This document shows positions 52,658 through 64,000 of a DNA stretch of 64,000 bases, piece by piece (within the stretch, counting starts at the first letter, position 1; every line of letters begins with the position of its first letter). Location: NCBI RefSeq assembly GCF_006345805.1, contig NC_043009.1, forward strand, positions 19,220,001 to 19,284,000, written 5' to 3'. Below the pieces are notes generated by a model. The model saw only the letters and a list, made by a program, of their open reading frames with translations. It was not told the origin of the DNA and did not search any database. This stretch comes from Octopus sinensis (lineage: Eukaryota). The translations under genes were made by a program, and so were the position numbers.

Positions 52658-53435
52658 TGTAGCGAACTCTAGTGAACTTCTCCTCTCTATTATATATACA
52701 CACATACGAACGTAGCAGGTGTGTGCGTGTATAAAAGAGTATGTATGCGCGTGTGAAAGAGGGCTGGTGGTCTGGACGTGTGCGTGTATGTACGTGTCCT
52801 TTGGGTGCTGTTTTGGACGCCGTTGTGTCTACCACTCTGATTGGTTGGTATTGACGCAATTTGTCTCTTACTCTATCGCGCGTCAATATGCAACCCAACC
52901 AATCGCAGCCTCCAAATAAGTCACGTGAGACAGTCTGTTCTAAACAATATTTGCGCCAACCGTTAGCTATAAAAACTCTCCTCCTCCTAGTCTCGGCGTC
53001 TGTTGGTTCCAGACCTTCTAAGGTCTAACCACTGACCCCATTACAGCGACCTCCATCTTCGTCGTCACCATCATGTCTCTCACCAACGTTATCAACAAGA
53101 TCTACACAGCACCAACACACTGCACTGGTTCTAACATATCGCTGTTCGTGAGCTTCCCTCACCTGGGTTAACAGCTAACATACAACTCACGCAGATGCAT
53201 GTAGATACATATGTATATAAATATGTATATACATATGTATATAAATATATGTATATAAATGTACATCGACCACTTTCATTTATCATTTAGATTGTGTATG
53301 TACGTGTGGGCACATTAAATGTATATAAATACACAGCCATGTTTTATGTATTTCTTTATACCGTGTTCCTGTCAAATGATATAACAGCCTTCTGAGTAGA
53401 GTCACATTAGATGGAAAACAACCTATCAACGTCTA
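52658..53435 (+). mobile_element. LTR-like segment related to 20104-21117, inserted in the Dong-like element
   Basis: starts TGTAGCG; shares cgaacgtagcagg, ctctgattggttggta, caatttgtctcttactct, gtcacgtg, tataaaaa, ttccagacctt..aaggtcta.ccactgacc with the reverse complement of 20800-21115; right boundary uncertain. Confidence 0.55.
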
Positions 53436-53839
53436 TAGTTTATCTATTTCGGTTTGGGGCACTTTTCTCTCTCGTAGGATATATCGTCGGACATTCGCAA
53501 GTGTATTCTCCGAGACATTCCCTCTTCTATCAGTATTTCTTCTCAATATTTGGTATGTTTCTCTTGTTATCTTTGTGTTTCCCGGGTATAGTTTCGCAGT
53601 GCAGAATGCATATAGCACTTCCATGTAGCCGTCATCTGTTCACTGTTCTCTTTTGGTTTTGTTTTTCGCTTGGGCAGTGACATTAGGAGAGGGGCCTGCC
53701 TGTTCAGAGTTAACTTTTTGACAGAGGACCGTCTTTGGCTGTATGCTATTTTTGTTTATGCTATAAATATTATTTTCATATACACTCAACAAACCAGACT
53801 GTTGGAAAAAAATCCTAACATCGGGTTACAAGTAACCTT

Positions 53840-54135
53840 AGATGCCAAGAACCCTCCTAAGTACCCTAGCTGTCCTTAATAATACTGTTTTCTGAAACTG
53901 TACTAAACTTAGTTTTATGCCTATTTCCTTTAACCATCTGTTCAGATCTTAAGGGATAATTTCCAATGCACCTATAACTACTGGGATACATTTTACCCGC
54001 ACTTTCCATAGTCTCTGTAATTCAATAGCTAGGTCTTGGTACTTTGCTATTTTTCCTCTACTTCTCATATTAATGTTTTCATCATTTGGGTGCTTAGCAA
54101 GCAGTGTGTCGTCAGGCACTCCCGCTCCTCTCCCC
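53840..54135 (-). mobile_element. R4/Dong-like endonuclease C-terminal fragment
   Basis: KIAKYQDLAIELQRLWKVRVKCIPVVIGAL. Confidence 0.8.
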
Positions 54136-54780
54136 ATACGGACAACGCCGGCGGCGGGGATTCCACCTCGTCATTTTATAGAGAGCTGGTAGAGTTCAAG
54201 TGTGACGACGCCCTGGAAGAAACCCTGGGTTTCGATGATGGTCAACTTGTCAACCTGTACCAGAGAACATTCGGGCCAGGGCCTATAAATAATTTCCAGA
54301 AGTCCCTGGCATGGCAATGTTACCGAGGAGCCTTCCTTGTTCGGGACAAACTCTACAGGCATGGTTCTCCGTCAGTGCCAACTTGTCCAAGATGCGGGCA
54401 GGACAGTGAAACTGTTCTACACGCAATTGTGCAATGTCCGAAGATTTTGGAACTTTCAGTTTATATCGAACAACTGCTGTCACGACTGGGAAGAGTACAA
54501 TTGTCATCCGAGTCTATAATTGTTCCACCGTTTTCTCTGAATAGGGAAGAGGAAGGTCTGCGTAGTAGGTACTGTGAAGGAGGTTGTATGGAAGACGCGA
54601 GTGAAAGGGATCATGATGGGTATCTTCATCTCCAGCTTTGGGTTGGTTAACTTTTTCCTTTTCCACCCGAAAAGAAAAATAAGGCTGGCGAGGAGATGCC
54701 TACCACACGGAATGTTAAGAAAATGATGAAAGACTGTAGCAAGTTTGTTCAGAATTCATGAACCTGCTTGCGCGAGAGCA
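54135..54780 (+). mobile_element. Tx1/L1-like 3' fragment
   Basis: RTFGPGPINNFQKSLAWQCYRG..CPRCGQDSETVLHAIVQCP. Confidence 0.85.
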
Positions 54781-55982
54781 TAAAGGTAGTACCAGGTATT
54801 CAGTATTCGGAATGTGGTTTGTGGGGTTGGCCACGTTCCTCACACCATCTGTGTTATTCGATTCGATTTTCAGATACATTTATCATTAATTTTGAATTAT
54901 GTTTCTCTTCATGTTGTTTTATCATTTGTTCCCCGAACCTTTATCTGTCTTTGTATTGTTCCTCTTTCTTCGTCCCACATGGATAATTAAGACTAAAGTT
55001 TATATTTTATATATCTCGTTGTATACTTTACTTTTATCTTATATTTTTATCCGCATTATATTCCTTATTAGCTTATGGGCCTAAATTTTAATTTTTTGTA
55101 TCAGAATGCACTCCTTTATATATTTAAAATAATGTTTTAATTATTTACCTTATATCTACGATCGAATTTTTTTAAACTCCTATTATTATCCCCCTTTAAT
55201 GGTGGAGAATGTTCTAATATTTTACTTTTCTATTATGAGCAGCTCCTTTTTGAGGATTTCTTTTATAAATTTTTATATATCTTCATATTTTACCATAATA
55301 TTTTATACACTTTATCTATCAAAATTTTAATTTTCTTATGACTATTATATCTTAAAGTATTGCTTTCTTCCTATAATCTTATGTATAATTTATTCTTCAT
55401 CTATATATTTAACTTCTAAATTTATCTTAATGCTATATCATTGTAACTATGCTAAATTGTAGTGGTCCCCTTTTTTTATTCCCTGGATTTGATTCTCATC
55501 CCCATTTTATAATATTTATTTCCATTATTTTTCAAAGTCTTTCTCTTTAATACGGTAATGAATGAGCTTCCTCTATATCCTTCTTCTCATTATCACCCCC
55601 TCCCCATAACTCATTCCCTTAATTACTACTGTACGCCTTAGCCATTTGCGAAGATAAAGCCGACGTATCGTTCCATCGCTTATGATAACTTAATAGGCTG
55701 ACCTGACATTAATTACTTTTCTCGCCACTGACCAATTGGCATAATCAACCTCTTTAATATATAAACCTAGACGATTGCAGCCGATCCTTTCTCTATTGTT
55801 AGATAACTGGGTCACTTGAGTCAATTATTTCTTCCCCCTACTATAAACTCTGCTAATCCCTTTGTTTTCTTTGTTCTGATCAAATATACGCTATTCTGGA
55901 AATTCATTCTGCCAACTGAATAGTATCAGAATTGATTTAAATATTTTTGCTCCGTGAATTTGTAACTGTTGAACGACTCGAA

Positions 55983-56073
55983 TAATTCATCTGACGAAAA
56001 CGGTTTCTTTATAATGATGTAATGGTTTCATTAATTAATTAAAGGAGTTCCTGGAAACGGCTGTAATGGATTG
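55983..56073 (+). ncRNA. type-I hammerhead motif with long degenerate stem II (GUA site)
   Basis: TAATTCAT-CTGACGA-(56 nt)-GAAA-C ggct G-TA-ATGGATTG; 8-bp stem I with two G-U pairs; (TA)n begins ~20 nt downstream. Confidence 0.55.
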
Positions 56074-56136
56074 ATACCTGTACCATTTTGTTATATATAT
56101 ATATATATGTATGTATGTATATATATATATATATAT

Positions 56137-58217
56137 ACTTTGATACTTTGATACTTTGATAGGTTTCGGCCATTATTGGCCCAGGCCATGTCTAACTTAA
56201 TAGCACCACCTGGTGAAGTCTTTCAAGTCAGAATTTGGGCACTATGGCCCACTCAAGTAGAGAGTAATTGTTTACAGAGACATATCCGGGTGTAGGGGGT
56301 TTATCCGGGATTTCTTGAAGGAATCTGTCCAAAGACTTCTTGAACCCTATAGGGTCAGTTTCTGTTTTAATGTGTTTTGGTGTAATGTTAAAGAGAGCGG
56401 GGCCAATTGAGGTGAAATAATTGTGCCGTATTGTTGTTATGAGATGAGAGTGCGACGTTTGTTTTGGGCGGATGGCACGGGGCCCAAGCCTTGGATGTAC
56501 CTTAAAGGTGATGCCAACATCATTTGGGCAATGCTGATGGAATATTTTCCACGTCATGCAGATGATGTAGCGCTCACGACGACGTTGGAGAGAATAGAGT
56601 TTTAGCTTTTCTAGTCGACCCCAATAGTCGAGGCCTGTCATGCCATCTATTTTTTTTGTGATTGCCCTTTGAGGTGCTTCAACTTTTATGATACCTTGTA
56701 TTGTGTGGGGAGACCACAGTGGACAACAGTATTCAAGGTGGGGTCGGGCAAAAGTGGAGAAGAGAAGGATAATGGTGTGGATATCTCTCGACTGGAAAGT
56801 TCTGAGAATCCAGGAACACATTCTGCGGGCCATGTCAACTTTGGTGTTTATATGAGTGGCCCAGCTTATGTTGTTGTCCACAATTACTCCCAAGTCTCTG
56901 ATGTTGTTGGACGCCGCGAGAGTTTCACCTGAAGGAAGGGAGTATGGGAGTTTCAGGGCATCCTCTTTTCCAAAGTGGATTAGCTCAAATTTATCCTCGT
57001 TCAGCAGCATATTGTTTTTTTCTGCCCATTGGATAACAGCCAGTAGATCTGACTGAAGGCATGTTCGGTCACTCGCCTCATTTATGACCTTCTGTAGCTT
57101 GGAGTCATCTGCAAAGATTTTTATGTTGCTGTGCTTGATGATGTCATTAATGTCATTAATGTAAATGATGAAAAGAAGTGGGCCCAGCACAGTGCCTTGC
57201 TGACTTTGGCTGGGCTTGATTTTACCCCTTCAACTACAACATGTTGAGATCTGTCTGTCAGGAAACACTTGATCCATTTCAGTAACTTTCCAGAGACACC
57301 AATGTTGGATAGTTTTTTCAATAGGATCTTGTGATCGACCCTGTCGAAGGCCTTACTGAAATCAAGGTAGATGACATCGGTGTTGGAGCCCTCTCCCAAA
57401 GCTCTCAAAATGTCCTCAAAGTGATGCAGGAGCTGCGTTAGGCAGTCCCTTCCATTACGGAACCCATGTTGGTTGGAGATCAGCCGTCTGTTGCTTTCCA
57501 GAAATTGGGTTATTCGAGATCTCACCACCCTCTCAAATACCTTGATGATATGAGAGGTGAGTGAGATCGGACGGTAATTCACTGCAAGGGACTTGTTTCC
57601 CTTTTTGAAAACTGGGACAACAGACTGGGACAGAAGGTTTTTTGGAATATAGCCAGCATCCAGTGAGTTTCTCCACAGATTAGCAAGGGGAGATGCAAGT
57701 TGGTGTCGACACACCTTCAGGGCACAAGCAGGGAACCTATCGGGGCCTACTGCTGAATTGTGTTTTATTTCGTTTATCGCCGCTAAGACATCAGGGGCAC
57801 TAAACGTTATGTCCGATATAGTGTGTTGGGGGTTGACATCACTGATACAGCCCAGATCGGCCATATCAGGATTGCTGAAAACAGAGCAGTATTGTTTCTG
57901 CAGTATCTCGGCCATGGATTTGGTATTATCTTGGAGAGTGCCAGTTTCGTCAATTAGAGGGCCTACAGTGGAGACAGTGACCCTGCGTTTCCTCGCAAAT
58001 GAAAAGAACACTTTGGGGTTGAGTTTGATTTTTTCAATGGCCCACTTCTCCTCAGCTGATCTTTGGTTATTGATGAGGGTCTTCATGCATTGTTGGAGGT
58101 TATATTTTTTGGATTCAAGCAGTGCGATAGCCGTCGAATGTGTGTGTTGCTGTTGGCAGTACTTTAGTTTGTTAATTTTTTTGTTTGTTCTTTTTATTTT
58201 TCTGATAATGGTTTTTC

Positions 58218-58230
<13 letters not shown>
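56137..58230 (-). mobile_element. CR1-like LINE, 5'-truncated; RT ORF broken by one deletion in the GVPQG motif; (ATCAAAGT)3 tail
   Basis: NYRPISLTSHIIKVFER, YLDFSKAFDRVDH, LGPLLFIIYIND, FADDSKL, RPHLEYC..WSP; ORFs 57121-58086 and 56228-57190. Confidence 0.9.
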
Positions 58231-58309
<79 letters not shown>

Positions 58310-58357
58310 ATGTATGTATGTATGTATGTATAATATGTGACAATTAGTTGGCTGTCA

Positions 58358-58420
58358 TAATAAAACTCAGAGTTTCGGATGCCGGGGCTGAAGTCTGCTC
58401 CGGTATCTCATCAGTTATTA
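58358..58420 (-). ncRNA. type-I hammerhead motif (GUU site)
   Basis: minus: TAATAA-CTGATGA-GAT a CCGG..CCGG c ATC c-GAAA-CTCTGAG-TT-TTATTA; 6-bp stem I, palindromic stem III. Confidence 0.5.
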
Positions 58421-58535
58421 AGACAAACGTTATGAAAAATAACCGTTGAATAAAGGGAAATTACTCCAATAGGCATGAGTAAAGTAATACACACACATAC
58501 AGGTATGCACACACACACACATGTATGTATGTATG

Positions 58536-58616
<81 letters not shown>

Positions 58617-58620
<4 letters not shown>

Positions 58621-58952
58621 TAAGCAATAAAGGGTTTAGCAACGAATTGCCTTACCACATACCGAATTTAGAAATAGCAGTCAAAGAGTTATAGCTATTT
58701 CTTCTACTAAAAAGGGAGATCTCAGTAAAAACAGCAATTTTACTGAGATCTCCCTTTTTAGTAGAAGAAATAGCTATAACTCTTTGACTGCTATTTCTAA
58801 ATTCGGTATGTGGTAAGGCAATTCGTTGCTAAACCCTTTATTGCTTAGTATTACTTAAATTTTCCTCGAATGAGGCTTTTACATGCCGAAGACTACTTGG
58901 TGTAATTGATAATTATTCCAAATTAATTAATTTCACCCTTCATTATTACGGA

Positions 58953-58957
<5 letters not shown>
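58617..58957. mobile_element. fragment of the 63239-63839 element family with a 114-bp-arm hairpin, inserted in (TA)n
   Basis: 58617-58730 is the reverse complement of 58738-58851 (7-nt spacer); 58852-58957 matches the reverse complement of ~63733-63838. Confidence 0.9.
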
Positions 58958-59038
<81 letters not shown>

Positions 59039-59517
59039 CTATTTTTCTATTCTCTTTCTCTCTTCTCTCCTCCTCTCTCTCCTCACATACCCACCTTCCC
59101 CTCCCCCATAAGCGCACAAACCCCAACTCTACCCCAACCTTCAGCCGAACCCACACCCCACCCGTGCTTTCCTCACTCTCGCCTCCTCCACCTCGCAACA
59201 ACATCATACCACACCACACTACACCATACAACATTACACATCACATCACAACACACCACCCACACACCCATCCCCACATCTTCACACCTACACATACATA
59301 CACGCACACGTCAAGACCACCAGCCCTCTTTCACACGCACATACATATTCTCTTATACACGCACACACCTTCGTGTTGGGGATCATCTTTGCTTTGTTAT
59401 CTCCCCTACTTTCCCTCTCGTGTGTGACCCTTCTGTCCGAGTCAGCGCCATGATAGATCGTTAGCCACTACACACATGTTTTCTCTCCTTGTTTCTCTCC
59501 TTGTTTTTTCTGTGTCC

Positions 59518-59553
59518 CTTTCTGTAGAAGAGCGTAGGCTCGAAACGTAAAAG
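59518..59553 (+). ncRNA. minimal hammerhead-like motif with variant core (CTGTAGA), GUA site
   Basis: CTTT-CTGTAGA-A-GAGC gtag GCTC-GAAA-CG-TA-AAAG within a short element (59400-59645) homologous to 3153-3365. Confidence 0.4.
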
Positions 59554-60195
59554 ACCTTTGCTATTCCTGAGCGTTATACTAACACGTCTGTTTGTTTTGT
59601 ACACCACCTGTCTTCGTCTTTTGTTTCTTTCGTAAACTCTCCCTACATATACATACTCACGCGTGTACATATATACAAATACACATATATACATATATAT
59701 GTCTACGCATACACGCACATACACACGCATATATACCCATGCACGCATCACTAAGCTCATACACATATCTCTACACGCACATACACATACATATGCGGAT
59801 ATACAAAGCGTAGTTTATACGCACATGCATATACATACACGGAAAGACGTATATACAGATAAAAACACAGACACAAAAAACATAAACCGGAAAACATTCA
59901 CATTCGCCGCAAAACTTGAATATACAAATGAGTTATATATGTATATACACAAATACACCCTCCAGTCTGTTAAACACATCTACACCTGCAGATATATAAA
60001 CGTATATACATACATATATGTATGAATGAAGGAGACAATCATTCGTACACATACACATTTGTGTGAATATACACACACATGCACATTAGGTATATACTAC
60101 ACGCGTATAAGTTACACAATTATAAAGGGTGAAAAATAATGCACAGAAAAATATATATAAAGCAATAAAATATACATAAAAATTTATATAAAGCA

Positions 60196-60966
60196 ATAAA
60201 ATATATATAAAAATATATAAGAGATGTTAAGACATATTAAAGGCTTGAACGTGGATATAATATAAAAAGCAGGTTCTATCTGTGATCTTGGTTTTACCAT
60301 ATTTGGACATGACCCACATATGATGTTTTCCTGGGAGGTTAAAAGTCAGTAACAGTTCTGCGTAGAACAGCCACCTCACGTTGGCAAATAAACATTACTC
60401 TTCAGTATCGTTACTACTTAATTCTCATTTAGAAATTTTAAAACTAGCTCTTTTGCTCGTTGCGAGAACAGCGACTGTCTGTCGCTTCTCAGTTTATATA
60501 TTGTAAGGTCAAGTGACTGCCATCTCTAGCCAGTAGTTATCCAGCACCGCGGACAGGAAATTGTTATTAATGCGTTTTTTCATATTTATTTAATAACCAT
60601 TTTTCATCTTTTAGGCTCAAGCATTAGGCCAATTGTACGTCCTGATCTAGCAAGATTTGGGAACTGAAGGAAAGCGGAATCGAATTTAGCCTTAAATGGG
60701 ATAATATAAGAGTGCGAGGTGTGCAGTATGGAAATTTATAAAATTTTAAGTATAGGGACAAGGGCAACCTGGTTAATAATAGATTAGACCTAAGGGTATC
60801 ATGCGTATATATTGTCACTCGTACATTTAAATATTTTCGAAATTAGGGTTCATGTCCAAATATGACAAAACCAAGATCACAGATAGAACCTGCTTTTTAT
60901 ATTATGTCCACGTTCAAGCCTTTCATATGTCTTAACATCTCTTATATATTTTTATATATATTTTAT
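60196..60966. mobile_element. MITE / fold-back DNA element with ~120 bp terminal inverted repeats
   Basis: 60196-60315 vs 60846-60966 are reverse complements with ~5 differences; non-coding interior. Confidence 0.75.
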
Positions 60967-62137
60967 AGGTGCTGCACTTGAACCTAGATAGGAGAAATTA
61001 ATTTTAGAGTCGTATATGATGTGAACTTACCCGATAGTATTATATATAAGTTATATATTTTTTCTTACTATTCTCTTTAATTTCTTATTGTGTTTTATTA
61101 TTTTTGATACCTTTACCTATCAACCTCTTATCTCTCATAAGTTATTAATGTTCTTAAAGAGAAATATAAACTTTCTGCTTACTTAAGAGTTGATTATAAC
61201 ATACCTACAATAAAGTACAAATATTTGTGTATATTTGCATGTGTGCACATAGCTAAATATGTGTATGTATCTGTGCACAACTTATTTTCCCGATTTTTTT
61301 CTGATTCTTAGCTTATATCTAATATAAAGATAGCATAATTTATCGCCCCAGTAAATACCCAGAGCAATCTTTATAGAAACCACCTTATAGATAAATAATT
61401 AAGTACTGGTATGAATATTAAACTAATTATATGTAATCTTCCCTTTCTAATATTGAAAATTAGTATACATACTCAGTTTATCTATTCTGGTTATAATACC
61501 ATTTTTAGTAATCTTAAATTTTATTTTCATACAACATAACAATATAGTTTATATGCAATCATCCATCGTACCCCATGATAATTACCTCTGTATTAACATC
61601 ATACGTTTTATTAGTGTCTTGCCCCTTTAACTAGTACTTAACATCTTGATTTAGGGTCTTCCCTTACCCAGCCTCCTTTATTGGCAGTTACTTATACATT
61701 TTCTAAATCCTGACAATATTTATAACCATACCCAGCTATAGACTGTCAACTCACTCTGTCTATCTATTCTAAATAGACACAGTCCTCTGGGCTTAGATTT
61801 GGTAGTTGATAAAAAATACTAATAAATTAAAAATGAACCACAATCCTTTATAAGCTGTCACCCTAACAAACTTCATAGAGTTCTTAGAATTGTATTATAT
61901 TCTGAGTCACATTAATAGCAACATGGACTTTCTCCCTCTTCTTGCTCTATTAGAGAATTTAAGTAAAATTATATTAATGTGTCCGACTGATTAAAAAATT
62001 CTATTTAATTCTGTAGTTGAGGATAGCCCTGTATTCAAATTGATGTAATGATTGCATTGTTCAATTAAATGGAACCGCTTGAAACAGTCATGCTGCATCA
62101 CCTCTTGATATCCTGTTGCTTATTTTGATTATATATG

Positions 62138-62187
<50 letters not shown>

Positions 62188-63178
62188 GAGAAGGTTGAAA
62201 AGGAACACACGAGTTGATATATATGGAAAAAAGTCAAGGTAGAAAATGCTAAAATAATTTTATAAAAAACATTTCAGTACCGGTTTCAGTCATTGAGACT
62301 TTTTCAACTGTAAGTATGGAAACCAATTAAATTTTGGAAAAATTAAAAGAAAAGTATTTTTAAAAGAATATTTGCATAGCATTCAAATACAAGGGACATT
62401 TTCCTTGTTTCTGCCTGTCTCTGTCTCTCGTGTTTACTGTTGTGGGTTCGAGGTCGTTGTAAATTCTTGGCAGAGAAGAAGAAGAAAAAGAAGAGGAGGA
62501 GGAGCAGGAGGAGGAGGAGCAGGAGGAGCAGGAGGAAGAAGAGAAGAAGAATGCGGGAGTGCCATGATAGTAGTAGGATGTTAAATGGTCAAGTGTCCTG
62601 AAAGTGACTTGCTGTGGATGGTAATAGTGATTGAATTCTTAAGGCATCTCCTTTGAATGTATTGTTTATAATATTTGCGTAGGTGTTATTCTAAAGAGCA
62701 ATAGTGGTAAAGTAAGGAAGGAGGTGGCGGAGAGGAAAAAGACGAAGAAGAAGAAGGAGAAAGAGAAGAGAGAATAATAAGGGAATGCAGGTAGTATGAT
62801 AGTAGTAGGCTGTTAAATGGTCAAGTGACCTAAATGTGACTAGTTGTGGATTATAGCAGTGATTGGGACTGTTTTAATGAATTCTTGGGTATCTCTTTTG
62901 AATGTATCACTCTTAATATTTGCATATGTGTTTGTCGTTTGTTGTAGATGCGTTCAAAAGGAGTCTGTATTTTCTAATAAAGGGAGTCTCTTTACTAATT
63001 CGTTGGCTACAGGTTGTATCGTCCCTGAACTGGTACAGGGGAAAGATTTTGAAGCTTGGATTATTATTATTGGCGCAAATGTCGATATGATGGCTTTATG
63101 CTATTTTTCTATTTTGGGGAATTTTGATCTGGGATATATATATATATGTATATCTATATCTATATCTATCTATCTATC

Positions 63179-63238
<60 letters not shown>

Positions 63239-63239
<1 letters not shown>

Positions 63240-64000
63240 TAAGCAATAAGGGTTCAGCAACGAATTGCCTTACCACATACCGAATTTAGAAATAGCAGTC
63301 AAAGGGTTATAGCTATTTCTTCTACTAAAAAGGGAGATCTCAGTAAAAACAGCAATTGGAAGGCTGACACAAACAGGTAAGAGAGAATGAATTAACCGCA
63401 ATCTATCAAACATTTTTAAAGTTATCCACGGACGTACGTTTCGAAATCAAGTTTTAGGAAAGCATAAGAATTAAAATATTAAATATTAAATAATTCTATC
63501 TTACCGAAACTTCTTTTCTCTTCAGCGTGGAATACTATAATCATAAATGATTATATATTGAATTTTGAGATACTAGGAGGTACCAACTCAACTCAGTATC
63601 AGAGCGAGCTAGAATCCTCAACTAGTATCACCGAATTCAAATTTGTGAATGAAACGATTGTGTCAACAGCCCCTTCCCACCCGCGTGTAGCCAAAACAAG
63701 ATGCTGTGGTCATCTACTGAGATAAAATATGGTTATCCGTAATAATGAAGGGTGAAATTAATTAATTTGGAATAATTATCAATTACACCAAGTAGTCTTC
63801 GGCATGTAAAAGCCTCATTTGAGGAAAATTTAAGTAATACTAAGCAATAAGGGTTCAGCAACGAATTGCCTTACCACATACCGAATTTAGAAATAGCAGT
63901 CAAAGGGTTATAGCTATTTCTTCTACTAAAAAGGGAGATCTCAGTAAAAACAGCAATTGGAAGGCTGACACAAACAGGTAAGAGAGAATGAATTAACCGC
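63239..64000 (-). mobile_element. tandem array of a 601-bp hammerhead-bearing unit, running off the window
   Basis: ctaagcaataagggttcagcaacg at 63239 and 63840; second copy matches over the 161 nt visible; preceded by (TA)n. Confidence 0.85.
63425..63531 (-). ncRNA. type-I hammerhead ribozyme with canonical core (GUC site, predicted cut 63431|63430)
   Basis: minus: TCCACG-CTGAAGA-GAAA..AAGTTT..AGAATTA..TAATTCT..AAACTT..TTTC-GAAA-C gtac G-TC-CGTGGA; G10.1-C11.1 pair, 6-bp stem I, palindromic ACGTACGT stem III. Confidence 0.85.

Larger units (their letters stand above)
45760..53700 (-). mobile_element. long decayed R4/Dong-like element interrupted by an LTR element, two SINEs and an LTR-like segment
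   Basis: N-terminal ..LANVRRYILRERK (53450-53620), RT region PQNYRPLTCLSTSYKTLTSII (~51250), HHPKAD (~49930), endonuclease CFLMDIAIPSD and QKIALLGTAVLRRML (45760-46025). Confidence 0.75.

Noticed and set aside
56160-56215. GGCC..GGCC-GAAAC in the CR1 3' UTR as a ribozyme
   Set aside because: No CTGANGA core upstream; more likely an ordinary LINE 3' stem-loop.

Overview
AT-rich, microsatellite- and retroelement-dense animal DNA. The SINE families and (TA)n/(ATT)n/(TATG)n content suggest an octopus/cephalopod genome (inference). There is one clear host gene: a single-coding-exon 7-dehydrocholesterol (sterol delta-7) reductase on the minus strand (24563-25954), whose motifs are of the plant DWF5 type rather than the vertebrate type. 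The rest is decayed or nested mobile DNA: Tx1/L1-like, R4/Dong-like, CR1-like, RTE and Penelope (GIY-YIG) non-LTR fragments, a decayed Ty3/Gypsy element, a non-autonomous LTR element with a perfect tRNA-Trp primer-binding site, tRNA-derived SINEs, a mariner remnant, a MITE and a 6.6 kb tetranucleotide satellite. The most interesting signal is not in the ORF track. About 11 type-I hammerhead-ribozyme or hammerhead-like motifs were read by eye, in several unrelated short elements, most of which abut (TA)n tracts at the 3' end of the ribozyme strand. Two of these elements form tandem arrays (506/508 bp units at 11.5-12.6 kb; 601 bp unit at 63.2-64 kb), the architecture expected of retrozyme / Penelope pseudo-LTR elements that could release unit-length, possibly circular, RNAs. 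Four fold-back palindromes (41-431 bp arms) also occur and may be real template-switch events or assembly artefacts. All structures were derived by manual reading; no searches or folding programs were run.
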